Source: Vicinamibacterales bacterium (GTDB taxonomy: Bacteria > Acidobacteriota > Vicinamibacteria > Vicinamibacterales > UBA2999). From it: a DNA stretch of 64,000 nucleotides. The stretch's first letter is position 1. Each line of letters begins with the position of its first letter. Below, piece by piece: positions 1 through 11,161 of the stretch. Both the position numbers and the translations under genes were made by a program. The notes below the pieces were generated by a model. It worked only from the letters and a program-made list of their open reading frames with translations, was not told the origin of the DNA and did no database searches. The stretch is from the NCBI GenBank assembly GCA_041659285.1, contig JBAZYO010000020.1, positions 1,580 to 65,579 of the forward strand, written 5' to 3'.

Positions 1-1
1 C

Positions 2-1075
2 CAGGTGACCGCCTCGCACAACCCAGGCGAGTACAACGGCTGCAAGATGGTGCGCGCCGAAGCCTTTCCGCTGAGCGGCGAGGCCGGCATCAAGGAAATG
101 AAGGAGATGATCCTGGCCGGCGCCATTCCCGCGCCGCCGTCATCGCCTGGCACGGTCGAGACGCGCGAGATCATGGACCGCTACGTCGAGCACGTGATGT
201 CGTTCATCGACGCCGCGTCGATCACGCCGTTCAAGGTCGTGCTGGACGCCGGGAGCGGCGTGGCCGGCTTCGTCGCGCCTCGCCTGTTCGATCGGCTCCC
301 CTGCCAGACGACGCGGCTGTGCTTCGAGGTGGACGGCACCTTCCCGAACCACGAGGCCAACCCCCTGATCGAAGAGAACCGCCGGGACATCACCGAGCGC
401 GTGATCGCCGAGAAGGCCGACATCGGCATTGCCTGGGACGGCGACGCCGACCGCTGCTTCTTCATCGACGGTAGCGGCGAGTTCATTGCCGGCGACTTCA
501 TCACGGCGCTGCTGGCCGAGGCGTTCCTGCTCAAGTCGCCAGGCCAGACCGTGATCTACGACGTGCGCGCGAGCTACGCGGTGAAGGACGTGGTCGCGAA
601 GTACCAGGGCAAGGCCCTGATGAACCGCGTCGGCCACGCCTTCATCAAGCGCCGCATGCGCGAGGAGGACGCGGTGTTCGGCGGCGAGGTCACCGGGCAC
701 TACTACTTCCGCGACAACTTCTACGCCGACAACGGGTTCATCCCGGCGCTGATGATCCTGGACCTGATGTCGAAGAAGGGCATGTCGCTGCGCGACCTGC
801 TGACACCGCTGCGCGAGAAGTACTTCATCTCCGGCGAGATCAACACCAAGGTGGCCAACATGGCCATCGCCGACCAGAAGATCCAGGAACTGGCGAAGAT
901 CTACGCCACCGGCAATGTCTACATGCTCGACGGCGTGTCGGCCGAGTTCGCCGACTGGCATTTCAACGTGCGCCAGTCGAACACCGAGCCGCTGCTCCGC
1001 CTGAACCTCGAGGGGCTGACGCCGGAGATCATGGAGAAGCGCCGCGACGAAGTGTTGGGGATTATCCGAGGGTAG
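2..1075 (+). CDS. phosphomannomutase/phosphoglucomutase (alpha-D-phosphohexomutase family), 5' end cut by window edge
   Basis: The reading frame is open to the window edge. It contains the TASHNP phosphoserine loop, the DGDADR Mg2+ site and the GGEVTGHYYF sugar-binding loop. Confidence 0.9.
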   Translation, partial: QVTASHNPGEYNGCKMVRAEAFPLSGEAGIKEMKEMILAGAIPAPPSSPGTVETREIMDRYVEHVMSFIDAASITPFKVVLDAGSGVAGFVAPRLFDRLPCQTTRLCFEVDGTFPNHEANPLIEENRRDITERVIAEKADIGIAWDGDADRCFFIDGSGEFIAGDFITALLAEAFLLKSPGQTVIYDVRASYAVKDVVAKYQGKALMNRVGHAFIKRRMREEDAVFGGEVTGHYYFRDNFYADNGFIPALMILDLMSKKGMSLRDLLTPLREKYFISGEINTKVANMAIADQKIQELAKIYATGNVYMLDGVSAEFADWHFNVRQSNTEPLLRLNLEGLTPEIMEKRRDEVLGIIRG

Positions 1076-1162
1076 CGCCGGCTGCCGCCGCCAGCCCTGC
1101 CGGGCGCCTCTTGACGAGATGCCGGGTTTCGGGCTCGCCCTCTGCTAGAATGGCCTGACTGA

Positions 1163-1237
1163 GCGGGAGTAACTCAGTGGTAGAGTCACAGCTTCCCAAG
1201 CTGTTGGTCGCGGGTTCGATCCCCGTCTCCCGCTCCA
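1163..1237 (+). tRNA. tRNA-Gly (anticodon CCC)
   Basis: Hand-folded 75-nt cloverleaf: acceptor GCGGGAG/CTCCCGC, D arm ACTC/GAGT, anticodon stem ACAGC/GCTGT with loop TTCCCAA, T arm GCGGG-TTCGATC-CCCGT, and an encoded CCA. Confidence 0.93.
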
Positions 1238-1244
1238 GCTTTTC

Positions 1245-1909
1245 CTACTGAATCGAAATCCCCACGCTCAGCGTGATCATCTGCGTCCGCCTGGCGGACG
1301 GCAGGAGGTCGGTGGCCCCGCGCGAGCTGAGCTTCGTGAAGCGCACGTCGAAGCTGGCGCCGAGATGCGGCTTCATGAACCACCTGGCTCCCCCGCCGAA
1401 ATTAAGGGCGGCGTTCCACGCCTCGGGCACGGTGATGGCCGCCAGGCTGCCGAAGGCTTCCGAACTGCTGGCAACCTTGGTGCGGCCATAGCCGGCGCTC
1501 AAGTAGCTCCACCCCAACTTGTGCCCGAAGTTGATCGACAACTGCGGCAGCACGCTCGTGATCTGCGTGGTGACCGACGTCGTGGTCTGGGTGGTCTTCT
1601 CGGTCGAGCCCGAGCCGGTGGTCGACGTCAGCGGGTCGCTGCTGCCCTTGCCCGTGGCCAGGGACACCCCAAGGCCAAAGGTCGCGACTCCGAGCTTGAG
1701 CGGGTAGACCGTGGCGCCGCCGGCGAGGCCCCAGCCGCGTCCTGGGAGGGGCGTGGTGGCCGAGAGAGGCGGAACCCAGCCTTCAGCCGTGGGCAGGCCC
1801 ACCCACGCTCCGTGCAGATCGACGGCGAACCAGGGAAGCCGTTCGGAGGTTTGAGCCGAGACCGGCGCCGCCGCGAGCAGGGCCAACGCCACCATTGCCG
1901 CCAGGCGCA

Positions 1910-1910
<1 letters not shown>
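1245..1910 (-). CDS. putative outer-membrane beta-barrel protein
   Basis: Signal peptide MRLAAMVALALLAAAPVSAQ, followed by alternating Gly/aromatic beta-strand pattern and a Thr/Ser-rich loop. No catalytic motif seen; family assignment is by general appearance only. Confidence 0.55.
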
Positions 1911-2772
<862 letters not shown>

Positions 2773-2776
<4 letters not shown>

Positions 2777-3402
2777 TGCGTCTTCTCCAACGCGCGAATC
2801 TTCGCCAGGCGGCGAAGGTGGCGGGCCTCGCCCATGGGGGTGCCGAGCCAGGTGTCCACAATCGCCTTGGCGTCGCCCACCGAGAGCAACGTCGCGCCGA
2901 GCGCCAGCACGTTGGCGCCGTTGTGCTCGCGGGAGTAGCGGGCCAGGGTCTTGTCGGTGCACATCGCCGCGCGGGCCCCGTCGATCTTGTTGGCGGCGAT
3001 CGCCGAACCGATGCCGGCGCCGTCAATAACGATGGCGGCGTCCACTTCCCTGCGCGCCACCAGCCGGGCGGCCTGCGCCGCGATGTCGGGATAGTCCACC
3101 GGGTCGGGGCCGTCGGTGCCCACGTCGAGCACGCTCAGGCCCTTCTGCCGCAGGTAATCACGCAAGGCCGCCTTGAGCGCCACGCCCGAATGATCGCTGC
3201 CAATGGCCAGCGAGCGGATATCGGCCACCGGCGCCAGGCCGTCGAGGCTGGCGTCGGCGACCCCGCGCAACACGGTCACACGGCGGGCCTTCAGCGTGTC
3301 GGCGGCCAGCGGCGTGACGTGCCCGCCGGTCTTCAGCGTGACGCTGGAGCCGATCTCCAGGATCCGCGCGTCGGCCTCCGTAATGATGTCGAACGTCTTC
3401 AT
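2773..3402 (-). CDS. rpiB: ribose-5-phosphate isomerase B (RpiB/LacAB family) with ~60-aa N-terminal extension
   Basis: RpiB core ([37 protein letters not shown]) preceded by an extra domain, [44 protein letters not shown]. Confidence 0.85.
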
Positions 3403-3474
3403 TGAACTCCCGTCGAGTAGTTCCGCCCCGTCAAGCCGTGCCGCCCCGTCTGTATCGTGCTAGTCTTTTCCGCC

Positions 3475-3996
3475 ATGTCTGCCGCGAAACCTACCGTGCT
3501 CATCGACCAGGAAGAACTCCAGGCCCGCATTGCGGACCTGGCGCGCGAGATCCGCCGGGACTTCCCCGAGGACCAGCTGCACTTCGTCTGCGTCCTCAAG
3601 GGCGCCTTCCTGTTTCTCGGCGACCTCATTCGCAACCTCGACGGCCACGTCACCATCGACTTCATGTCCCTTTCCAGCTACGGATCTGGCACGTCGTCGT
3701 CCGGCGAAGTCCGCCTGTCGAAGGACCTCGACTCCGGCCTCGAGGGCCGCGATGTCATCATCGTCGAAGACATCGTCGACACCGGGCTGACCTTGCATTA
3801 CCTGCAGGACATTCTCATGGCCCGCGGACCCAAGTCGCTGCGGACCGCCTGCCTGCTCAGCAAGCCATCACGCCGGAAGATCGAGGTCAAGGTCGACTAC
3901 ATCGGCTTCACCATCGAAGACCGCTTCGTCGTCGGCTACGGCCTCGACTACGCCGAGCAGTACCGCAACCTGCCCTTCATCGGCGTGCTCGAGTAG
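3475..3996 (+). CDS. hpt: hypoxanthine phosphoribosyltransferase
   Basis: PRPP-binding loop [25 protein letters not shown] flexible loop and the C-terminal [10 protein letters not shown] motif. Start set at the ATG (MSAAKP) rather than the upstream GTG at 3457. Confidence 0.9.
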   Translation: MSAAKPTVLIDQEELQARIADLAREIRRDFPEDQLHFVCVLKGAFLFLGDLIRNLDGHVTIDFMSLSSYGSGTSSSGEVRLSKDLDSGLEGRDVIIVEDIVDTGLTLHYLQDILMARGPKSLRTACLLSKPSRRKIEVKVDYIGFTIEDRFVVGYGLDYAEQYRNLPFIGVLE

Positions 3997-4000
3997 CCGC

Positions 4001-5407
4001 CTACTGCGGCACGGCCTTTCGGACCAGGTCGGCTGCGGCCCGGGCCTCGCGCAGCACCGCCGCTTCGTCCAGCGTCAGCACCTTGCGGTCGCGCATCAGC
4101 ACCTGGCCGTTCACCACGGTCGTCTCGACGTCGTCTCCGCGAGACACGTAGACGACCTGCGACACGGGATCGAACAGCGGCGTCTGCCGCGCCCGAGACA
4201 TCCCCACCACGATGAGGTCGGCGCGCTTGCCCGCTTCCAGGGACCCGATGCGGGCCTGCTGGCCAAGGACGCGGGCGCCGCCGATAGTGGCGAGTTCCAG
4301 CGCCTCCGGTGCGCTGATCACGCGCGGATCCATCGACACCAGCTTCTGCTGGAATGCCGCCTGGCGCATCGCCTCGAACATGTCGAGGTCGTTGTTGCTG
4401 GCGGCGCCGTCGGTGCCCAGGCCGACATTCACGCCGGCCCGGCGATAGGCCACCACCGGCGCCGTTCCGCTCGCCAGCTTCATGTTGCTTTCGGGGTTGT
4501 TCGAAATGCCGACGTTGCGCTGTTTCAGTACGGCGATCTCTTCGGGCGTGATCCACACGCCGTGCGCGCCCACGGTGATCGGCGCCCAGAACTTGAGGCG
4601 GTCGAGCAGCGCCACGGGCCGCTGCTGGTGGCGTGCTTGCGACAGCCCGATCTCATCGGCCGTTTCGGCGAGGTGGATTTGGATCGGGATGTTGTACTTC
4701 TTCGCCAGGTCGCTCACCGCGGTCAGCGTGGCGGCATCGAGCGTGTACACCGAGTGCGGCGCGATCGACGGCGTGATCAGGTCGTCTTGCGCGAACTCCT
4801 TCGCGAACGCCTCGGTGCGCTTCAAGGCCTCCGCCGGGGTCCTGGCGTCGGCCACCGGGAACTCGATCACCGTTTGCCCCAGCACGCCGCGCAGGCCCGC
4901 TGCCTTGGTGACACGGGCGACCTCTTCCTCGAAGTAGTACATGTCCGCGTAGGTGGTGGTCCCGGACTGGATCATCTCCAGGGCCGCCAGCCGGGTGCCG
5001 ACGCGCACGAATTCCGGCGACACGGTCTTGGCCTCGGCCGGAAAGATGTACTTCTGCAGCCAGTCCATCAACGCCAGGTCGTTGCCCAGGCCGCGAAACA
5101 TGACCATGGCGGCGTGGGTGTGGGTGTTAATGAGGCCGGGCATCACCACCTTGCCGGTGGCGTCGATGGTGTCGGTGCTCCGGTAGCGCGCCGCGATCGC
5201 GGCCGGCGTATCGACCGCGACGATCAGGGTGCCGTTGACGGCCACCGAGCCCGGATTCAGGATCCGCCGGCTGCCATCCACTGTGATGACAATGCCGTTG
5301 GCGACGATCAACGAGACCTCGGTGACCTGCCGGGCCACCAGGGCGGGCCGAAACACGGGCGCGGCCAGGACCAGCGCCAGCCCGATCGCCAGAATGCGGA
5401 AGCGCAT
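4001..5407 (-). CDS. secreted amidohydrolase (TRZ/ATZ / MtaD-like metal-dependent hydrolase family)
   Basis: HxH metal motif INTHTHAAM and overall similarity to chlorohydrolase/aminohydrolase proteins. It has an N-terminal signal/anchor ([19 protein letters not shown]). Start moved to the ATG at 5405-5407. Confidence 0.8.
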   Translation of the reverse strand: MRFRILAIGLALVLAAPVFRPALVARQVTEVSLIVANGIVITVDGSRRILNPGSVAVNGTLIVAVDTPAAIAARYRSTDTIDATGKVVMPGLINTHTHAAMVMFRGLGNDLALMDWLQKYIFPAEAKTVSPEFVRVGTRLAALEMIQSGTTTYADMYYFEEEVARVTKAAGLRGVLGQTVIEFPVADARTPAEALKRTEAFAKEFAQDDLITPSIAPHSVYTLDAATLTAVSDLAKKYNIPIQIHLAETADEIGLSQARHQQRPVALLDRLKFWAPITVGAHGVWITPEEIAVLKQRNVGISNNPESNMKLASGTAPVVAYRRAGVNVGLGTDGAASNNDLDMFEAMRQAAFQQKLVSMDPRVISAPEALELATIGGARVLGQQARIGSLEAGKRADLIVVGMSRARQTPLFDPVSQVVYVSRGDDVETTVVNGQVLMRDRKVLTLDEAAVLREARAAADLVRKAVPQ

Positions 5408-5458
5408 GCAGGCTGAATTGTACGTGAATCCGGAATTGCGGTGTAAGCTCTCTGCGCC

Positions 5459-6079
5459 GTGCTGCGCCTGGTCACTCACCCGCTGGTCCATGACTGCCTC
5501 GCGGAACTCCGCGACGCCCGCACCAATCCGGAACGCTTTCGCGCGCTCGCCAATCGCATCAGCGTCCTGCTCGGCGCCGAGGCGCTCCGCGACGTGCCGA
5601 TGGCCGATGGCACCGTTGACACGCCGCTCGGGCCGTCACCTTGCCGCCGCCTGGCCGCCGACGTGGTGATGGCGCCGGTCCTGCGGGCCGGGCTCGGCAT
5701 GCTGCCGGGCATGCTGGAATTGGTGCCGAACGCCCGCGTCGGTCACCTCGGGCTGCAACGCGACGAGCGCACGGCGGTGGCCTCGCAGTACTACGCCAAG
5801 CTGCCGCCCAACATCGAAAGCAGCTATGTGTTGCTGATCGACCCGATGCTGGCCACCGGCGGCAGCGCCGTGGCCGCCCTGGACGTGCTGACCCGGGCCG
5901 GAGCGAAGCACATCCGCCTGGTCTGCATCGTCGCGGCGCCCGAGGGCGTGGCGGTCGTCGAGAAGGCCTACCCGGCCGTCCCGATCTTTACGCCCATCGT
6001 GGACCGGGAACTCAACGCTCACAAGTTCATCGTGCCGGGCCTCGGCGACTTCGGCGATCGGCTGTTCGGCACCATCTAA
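5459..6079 (+). CDS. upp: uracil phosphoribosyltransferase
   Basis: PRPP loop LLIDPMLATGGSA and C-terminal IVPGLGDFGDRLFGT, both typical of Upp. Confidence 0.92.
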   Translation: MLRLVTHPLVHDCLAELRDARTNPERFRALANRISVLLGAEALRDVPMADGTVDTPLGPSPCRRLAADVVMAPVLRAGLGMLPGMLELVPNARVGHLGLQRDERTAVASQYYAKLPPNIESSYVLLIDPMLATGGSAVAALDVLTRAGAKHIRLVCIVAAPEGVAVVEKAYPAVPIFTPIVDRELNAHKFIVPGLGDFGDRLFGTI

Positions 6080-6101
6080 CGCACTACGGCCCTCGCCAAA
6101 T

Positions 6102-6122
6102 TGGCACGCCTGATGCTATGAT
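6102..6122 (+). promoter_or_regulatory. candidate promoter upstream of tRNA-Val: extended -10 (TGcTATGAT, 6114-6122) overlapping a sigma54-like -24/-12 element (TGGCACG-N4-ATGCT, 6102-6117)
   Basis: Read directly from the sequence. The position 14-20 nt upstream of the tRNA 5' end fits either element. There is no usable -35 at 17-nt spacing. Confidence 0.35.
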
Positions 6123-6135
6123 CCATGCTCTGACC

Positions 6136-6210
6136 GCGCGCTTGGCTCAGCGGTAGAGCACCGCCTTCACACGGCGGGGGTCGGAGGTTCGAATCCTCCA
6201 GCGCGCACCA
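6136..6210 (+). tRNA. tRNA-Val (anticodon CAC)
   Basis: Hand-folded 75-nt cloverleaf: acceptor GCGCGCT/AGCGCGC, D arm GCTC/GAGC, anticodon stem CCGCC/GGCGG with loop TTCACAC, T arm GGAGG-TTCGAAT-CCTCC, and an encoded CCA. Confidence 0.93.
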
Positions 6211-6224
6211 TCAATCTTCTTACC

Positions 6225-7430
6225 TTGAGTAATCGCCTTCGGCCGATTGCGACGGCAGCACTGCTGGGCGCACTAGCGTTCCTGCTTTACGTGGTGCCGG
6301 CCGCCCCCTCCCCTCTCTCAGTTGACGAAGTCGCCCTCATGCGTCAGGCGCAGTCGGTGGCGACCAGCGGCCGCGACACCGACGGCCGTGCGGCGCAACT
6401 GTACTTCCGCGCGAGCGAGGAGCACTGGCTTCAGCCGGTGCCGGTGTACGCAACGGCGCTGGTGTCGGCCCTGGTATCCGGTTCGATGGCGGCGCGGCTG
6501 GCGTCGGCCATCGTCGGCGCGCTCAACGTCGGGCTGATCTACCTGCTCATGCGGCGGCTGTGCCCCAATCGATGGGGCCCGGTGGCCACCGCGGCGTTGC
6601 TGGCGATCACGCCCGCGCACCTGGCCTTTGCCCGAACCGGGGTGGACGCCATCTACTCCTTGCCCTTTGTCCTGGTCTGGCTGATCGGGCTCCGGGACTT
6701 CCTCGACCGGGGCGACCGGTGGCACCTCACCGCCGGTGTGTTCGCACTGGGGGTGGGTACCTATACGCAGCCGTCGGCGCCGCTGACCATGGGCTTTCTC
6801 TTCGCCATCACCTGCGCCGCGTTGTGGATCACGGGGGCTCGCGGCATTCGGGCCTACGCGGGCATCGTCACCGCCTTTGCGCTGCCGCTCAGCATCGCGG
6901 GCCTGTGGTTCGCGGCCCATCCGTCGAGCTATCCGGACACGTTCGGCCGGTGGGTCATTCATGCCGCGCACCTGCGCTATCCCATGGACGGCATGCGCGC
7001 CTTCCTCAACTGGACCACGCTCGGCACGCGCACGTCGCTGTACTGGGGATTCTTCGACCCATCCTGGCTCTTCTTCAATGCCCCTTACCTACCGGGCACG
7101 GTCCTGCGGGGGGCGGCCCCGTTCCTCTTGCCGGCATCGCTCTTCTCGCTGATGGGCGTGGCGCGCTGCGCGCGAGTCGGTCCGCCCGCGTGGACGATCG
7201 CCCTGGTTGCCGGGGCCGCCGCGTCGCCGCTGGCCGCATCGACGTTCGGACAGCCGCATGCCATTGGAGCGGCCCTGGCGGTTGTGCCATTCGTGACGGT
7301 ACTGGCCGGATGCGGATTGGTGGACTGGAGCGAGCGGAAGGGCGCGGCCTGGCGTTGGCTGGGGTGGGCGGCGATTGCCGCCATTCCGCTTCAGTTCTTC
7401 GGCGCCTACGCACGCTACTTCCGCGCCTGA
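6225..7430 (+). CDS. GT-C fold membrane glycosyltransferase (ArnT/PMT-like, GT39/GT83-type)
   Basis: Polytopic membrane protein with a DE motif in the first periplasmic loop (SVDEVALMRQAQ). It is a paralog of the 7562-9103 product. TTG start only 14 nt after tRNA-Val; the start is uncertain. Confidence 0.6.
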   Translation: MSNRLRPIATAALLGALAFLLYVVPAAPSPLSVDEVALMRQAQSVATSGRDTDGRAAQLYFRASEEHWLQPVPVYATALVSALVSGSMAARLASAIVGALNVGLIYLLMRRLCPNRWGPVATAALLAITPAHLAFARTGVDAIYSLPFVLVWLIGLRDFLDRGDRWHLTAGVFALGVGTYTQPSAPLTMGFLFAITCAALWITGARGIRAYAGIVTAFALPLSIAGLWFAAHPSSYPDTFGRWVIHAAHLRYPMDGMRAFLNWTTLGTRTSLYWGFFDPSWLFFNAPYLPGTVLRGAAPFLLPASLFSLMGVARCARVGPPAWTIALVAGAAASPLAASTFGQPHAIGAALAVVPFVTVLAGCGLVDWSERKGAAWRWLGWAAIAAIPLQFFGAYARYFRA

Positions 7431-7561
7431 GCCCTCTCACACACCTCGAAGGACGTCTTCCAGTCCGGCTCGATGCGGGCGGTGACCCGCCGCCAATCGG
7501 CCGCGCCGGCCAGCGTGTTGCAGACCGCACCGGGCACGAGGGGCGGTCATTAGTTTAGGGG

Positions 7562-9103
7562 CTACCGTTTCTCAAGCAGCGCGAAGGACGGAGTGCCATC
7601 AAGGTCATCGATCGAACGAACGTGGCGCCAGCCAGCGTCGTGTAGAAGCGCCCCGCATTCGGCCGCGGCGAGCGGACATACGAGCGCCGCTCCAGGTAAC
7701 GCCCCTGCGGGTGGATCGGGGCCGTAATACACGGCCCTATCAATCATGTCCGGGCGTTGTCCCGCCAGCGCATAGAAGCGCCAATAGCGCCCGGCAAATG
7801 GAATCGCCCGACTCAAGTACACGCGCCGCTGCGGGTCTGCCACGGCCGCATCGATCACGGCCGTCAGCGCCTCCCGGGTATTCCCGCCAAACCAGCGACC
7901 GGCTTCGACGCGGTATCGGCCCATGTAGTCCTGGTAGAAACCGGCGAACTGCAGCGGGACGGCCGCAATGAGCAGAACGGCGATCGTGCGCCACCCTCGC
8001 GAGTGCGACTTAAGGAGGGCGTCGGCACCGTAGCACGCGGCCAGTACGCCAAAGGGGATCGCGAACAGGATCCGGTTCATCTCGAGCGCGCCCGTGACGA
8101 TGGCTGCGAGGGGCGCTGTCGCCAGGCCGACGAGCACCAACGTTGCCGGTGTACTGCGCGCGATGACCAACCGGTAGGCGCCAAGCGGCATGAACACCGC
8201 GAAGCTCAACGGGAACAAGCCGGCCTGTCGTGTGGAGTTGATGAGGCTGGAATCACCTGACAGGAACAGAAAGGCGGGGTTGAAGAACGACCAGAACAAG
8301 CCAATCCGTGTTTGCAGGGCCGACGACACCGCCCCAGGAGCCGGCGCGGCCGTGGTCCCCGCACTATAGAGCTGGTAGGCTTCCAGGATCTGGCGATAGC
8401 GCTCCGGATGCGTGGCATACCACCACGCCATCGGAATAAGGGGCGCCACGAACGCCGCGCCCGCAATCATGGCCGCCCTCTTCCCCCCCCACCGATACCC
8501 GAGCGCCACGGTCAGTAACAGGTAGACCGGCACCATGACCACCCACGCCAGATAGGTGTACGCGCCGAAGCCCAACCACAACGCACCAATGGCCAGCCGT
8601 CGCTCGCTCGGGCGGTCCGAAAACGCCGCCATGCTCAGCAGCCACGCCAGGATGATCGGGATCGAGGACTGCGGGCTCAGCACCAGGCGGCTGCGAATGA
8701 ACAAGGCTGGCGTCAACGCCAGGAAGCCTGCGGCGATGCCCGCCATGCTGTCGCGCCCGAAGAGGCGCCGCGCCAACAGGAACATCAACGTGACGTCGAG
8801 CACACCGAGCAGCGCGGTTGGCAGCCGGACGGATGCCTCGGAGAACGGAAGCCAGGCGAGTGCCGCAGCCGTGACATAGATAATGGCCGGGTCGCGCCCG
8901 GCCGGAAACTCGGGCTCGGTGAAGAACACCGGCAGGAAGCGTCCGCTCAGGTCACGACCAGTGGACGCAATCGCCTTCGCCTGCAGCGAGAACTGTAACT
9001 CGTCGTGCATCAGGAACGCCGGCGCGTAATCAAGCCGGGTCCCATAGAGAACGCCCGACGCTGCCGTCAGCGCTCCGAGCAGAAGCCAGGTGCGGGGCGA
9101 CAT
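7562..9103 (-). CDS. GT-C fold membrane glycosyltransferase (ArnT/PMT-like)
   Basis: About 11 predicted TM helices, a first-loop motif FLMHDELQFSLQAKAIASTG, and a soluble C-terminal domain. Its start lies 2 nt after the stop of the upstream sigma54 activator gene. Confidence 0.65.
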   Translation of the reverse strand: MSPRTWLLLGALTAASGVLYGTRLDYAPAFLMHDELQFSLQAKAIASTGRDLSGRFLPVFFTEPEFPAGRDPAIIYVTAAALAWLPFSEASVRLPTALLGVLDVTLMFLLARRLFGRDSMAGIAAGFLALTPALFIRSRLVLSPQSSIPIILAWLLSMAAFSDRPSERRLAIGALWLGFGAYTYLAWVVMVPVYLLLTVALGYRWGGKRAAMIAGAAFVAPLIPMAWWYATHPERYRQILEAYQLYSAGTTAAPAPGAVSSALQTRIGLFWSFFNPAFLFLSGDSSLINSTRQAGLFPLSFAVFMPLGAYRLVIARSTPATLVLVGLATAPLAAIVTGALEMNRILFAIPFGVLAACYGADALLKSHSRGWRTIAVLLIAAVPLQFAGFYQDYMGRYRVEAGRWFGGNTREALTAVIDAAVADPQRRVYLSRAIPFAGRYWRFYALAGQRPDMIDRAVYYGPDPPAGALPGAALVCPLAAAECGALLHDAGWRHVRSIDDLDGTPSFALLEKR

Positions 9104-9105
9104 CT

Positions 9106-10488
9106 CTATTCGCTGGCGGGCGACACTGCGTATTTGTCGATCAGGCGATACAACGCGCGCCGGCTGATGCCAAGGCGGCGCGCGGCCAGCGACTTGTTGC
9201 CGCCGGTGGCGTCGAGCGCGGCCTGCACGGCGTCCGCCGTCGGCGGCGGCCCCGATGGCTCGTCATCGACAGCGACCGGACCCGGGCCGGGACGGACGGG
9301 CAACGACCGGGCGAGGTCGCCCTCGGTCAACAGGTGCCCTTCACAGAGCAGGCAGGCCCGTTCGATCACGTTTCGCAGTTCGCGGACGTTGCCGGGCCAC
9401 GGCCACTGCACGAGCCGCTCTTCGGCGGACTCGGTCAGGCCGGTGATGGGCCTGTCGAACTCCCTGGCGAACCGGCGCACGAAGGCCGCGGTCAGGTACG
9501 GGATGTCTTCGGGACGTTCCCTGAGCGGCGGCACCGCGATTTCAACCACGTTGAGCCGGTAGTACAGGTCGCTGCGGAAGCGGCCCGCGGCCATCTCGGC
9601 GTCCAGGCGCCGGTTGGTGGCGGCGATCACGCGCACGTCCACCTTCTTCAGGTCCACCGACCCGACACGCTGCAGTTCGCCGTTCTCGAGCGTGCGCAGG
9701 AGCTTGGCCTGCGCGCCCGGCGGCAGTTCCCCGACCTCGTCCAGGAACACGGTGCCGCCAGTGGCGGATTCGAAGACGCCAATCTTGTCGGCCGTCGCCC
9801 CGGTGAACGCTCCGCGCACGTGGCCAAACAACTCCGACTCGAACAGCGTCTCGACAACGGCGGAACAGTTCACGGTGACGAGCTTCTTCGCCTTGCGCGG
9901 GCCGAGCGCGTGCAGCGCCCGCGCCACCAATTCCTTGCCGGTCCCGGTCTCGCCGGTCACCAGCACGGTCCGCGCGTGCGGCGCCAGCCGGTTGATGACG
10001 CTGAACAACTCGCGCATCGCCGGCGAGCGGCCGATCATGCCGCATACCTCGAGGCGCTCGGCGAGGGCGGCATCGCTGTCGAGCACCGTGTTGCGGTCTT
10101 CGAACTGCCGCCGCATCGCCTGCATGAGCGCCCGCACCCTCGGCAGGTCGAGGGGTTTCGAGAAGTACTCGGTGGCGCCCAGCTTGATGGCCTCCACGGC
10201 GTCTTCAACGCTCGCCGCGCCGCTCATCAGCGCAATCTGCGAGCTGGTGCCACCCGCGCGCACGGCGCGCAGCACGCCGAGGCCGTTGACCCGGGGCATG
10301 TGCAGGTCGAGGAGCACCAGGTCCATGTGCCGGCGATGCAGCATTTCGAGCGCCGCGGCGCCGTCAGCCGCTTCGAGCACCTCGAAGCCTTCGCGCGCCC
10401 CGACCTCTCGCAGCAGTTGCCGGATTTGCGGATCGTCGTCCACGAGGAGCAGGAGTGGATGGGGAGCGGTTGAGGTATCTGCGAGCAT
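9106..10488 (-). CDS. sigma-54-dependent response regulator (NtrC/AtoC family bEBP)
   Basis: REC domain (LLLVDDD, phospho-acceptor in VLLDLHMP), AAA+ sigma54-interaction domain (GETGTGKE, GAFTGA, ESELFGH) and a C-terminal Fis-type HTH (AARRLGISRRALYRLI). Start set at the ATG at 10488; the GTG at 10527 is possible. Confidence 0.9.
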   Translation of the reverse strand: MLADTSTAPHPLLLLVDDDPQIRQLLREVGAREGFEVLEAADGAAALEMLHRRHMDLVLLDLHMPRVNGLGVLRAVRAGGTSSQIALMSGAASVEDAVEAIKLGATEYFSKPLDLPRVRALMQAMRRQFEDRNTVLDSDAALAERLEVCGMIGRSPAMRELFSVINRLAPHARTVLVTGETGTGKELVARALHALGPRKAKKLVTVNCSAVVETLFESELFGHVRGAFTGATADKIGVFESATGGTVFLDEVGELPPGAQAKLLRTLENGELQRVGSVDLKKVDVRVIAATNRRLDAEMAAGRFRSDLYYRLNVVEIAVPPLRERPEDIPYLTAAFVRRFAREFDRPITGLTESAEERLVQWPWPGNVRELRNVIERACLLCEGHLLTEGDLARSLPVRPGPGPVAVDDEPSGPPPTADAVQAALDATGGNKSLAARRLGISRRALYRLIDKYAVSPASE

Positions 10489-10586
10489 ATGCGCCGGGCG
10501 ATGGACCTGAGCCAGACCGACCGGCACGTCGCCGGTCGTCGAAGCATGCGGAAACGGGGGCTGGCTCGTGCTGACCGAGCGGCCGG

Positions 10587-11144
10587 CTAGCCGGCCTTCT
10601 TGACCTCGGCGATCAGCGCCAGGATGGCGCGCGTGTAGGCGGCATCCGCTTCGGCGTGGGCCTTCATGTAGTCGGCTTCCGACATCTTGTCTTCACGCCA
10701 GTTGCCGTCGAAGCGCATGGTCTTCGCGCCGAGGTCGTGGCTGTCGGAAGGCCCCTGCCTGGTGGCGGGCTTGGCCTTCAGGCCGTCGGGGCCCAGGTCG
10801 GTCACGAAGTGGCGGCTCTCCACCACCGACGCGCTGTTCAGGTCCATGTAGACCTCGCGGTACTCCTTCCGGATCAGCTTTTCATTGACCACGGCCGGCG
10901 CCGTCGTGCGCGCCCACACCACCATCAGCTGCCCCGGGAAGGCAATCGCCCCGACGAACTCCTCACGGTCGTCCGGCATGCGCGCGGCGATGCTGTCGAG
11001 CTTCTTGCCCGCGAGCAGCTCGGCGAGTTCCTTGGCGGGCGCCGCGGACTTGGGGTCTTGGGCGGCAGCGACCGACGAGAAGGCCGTGACGAACAGGATT
11101 GGAACCAGAAGGGTGGTGAACGAGGCGGAGGTCACAAATTTCAT
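10587..11144 (-). CDS. hypothetical secreted protein
   Basis: Signal peptide MKFVTSASFTTLLVPILFVTAFSSVAAAQ. Codon bias is consistent with neighbouring genes. No domain recognised. Confidence 0.55.
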   Translation of the reverse strand: MKFVTSASFTTLLVPILFVTAFSSVAAAQDPKSAAPAKELAELLAGKKLDSIAARMPDDREEFVGAIAFPGQLMVVWARTTAPAVVNEKLIRKEYREVYMDLNSASVVESRHFVTDLGPDGLKAKPATRQGPSDSHDLGAKTMRFDGNWREDKMSEADYMKAHAEADAAYTRAILALIAEVKKAG

Positions 11145-11161
11145 GCCCTCATTTAACACAT

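Noticed and set aside
1111-1151. TTGACG ... TAGAAT as a sigma70 promoter for tRNA-Gly.
   Set aside because: The hexamers are 29 nt apart, incompatible with 16-18 nt spacing. TAGAAT alone (1146-1151) may be a -10, but I cannot support a full promoter call.
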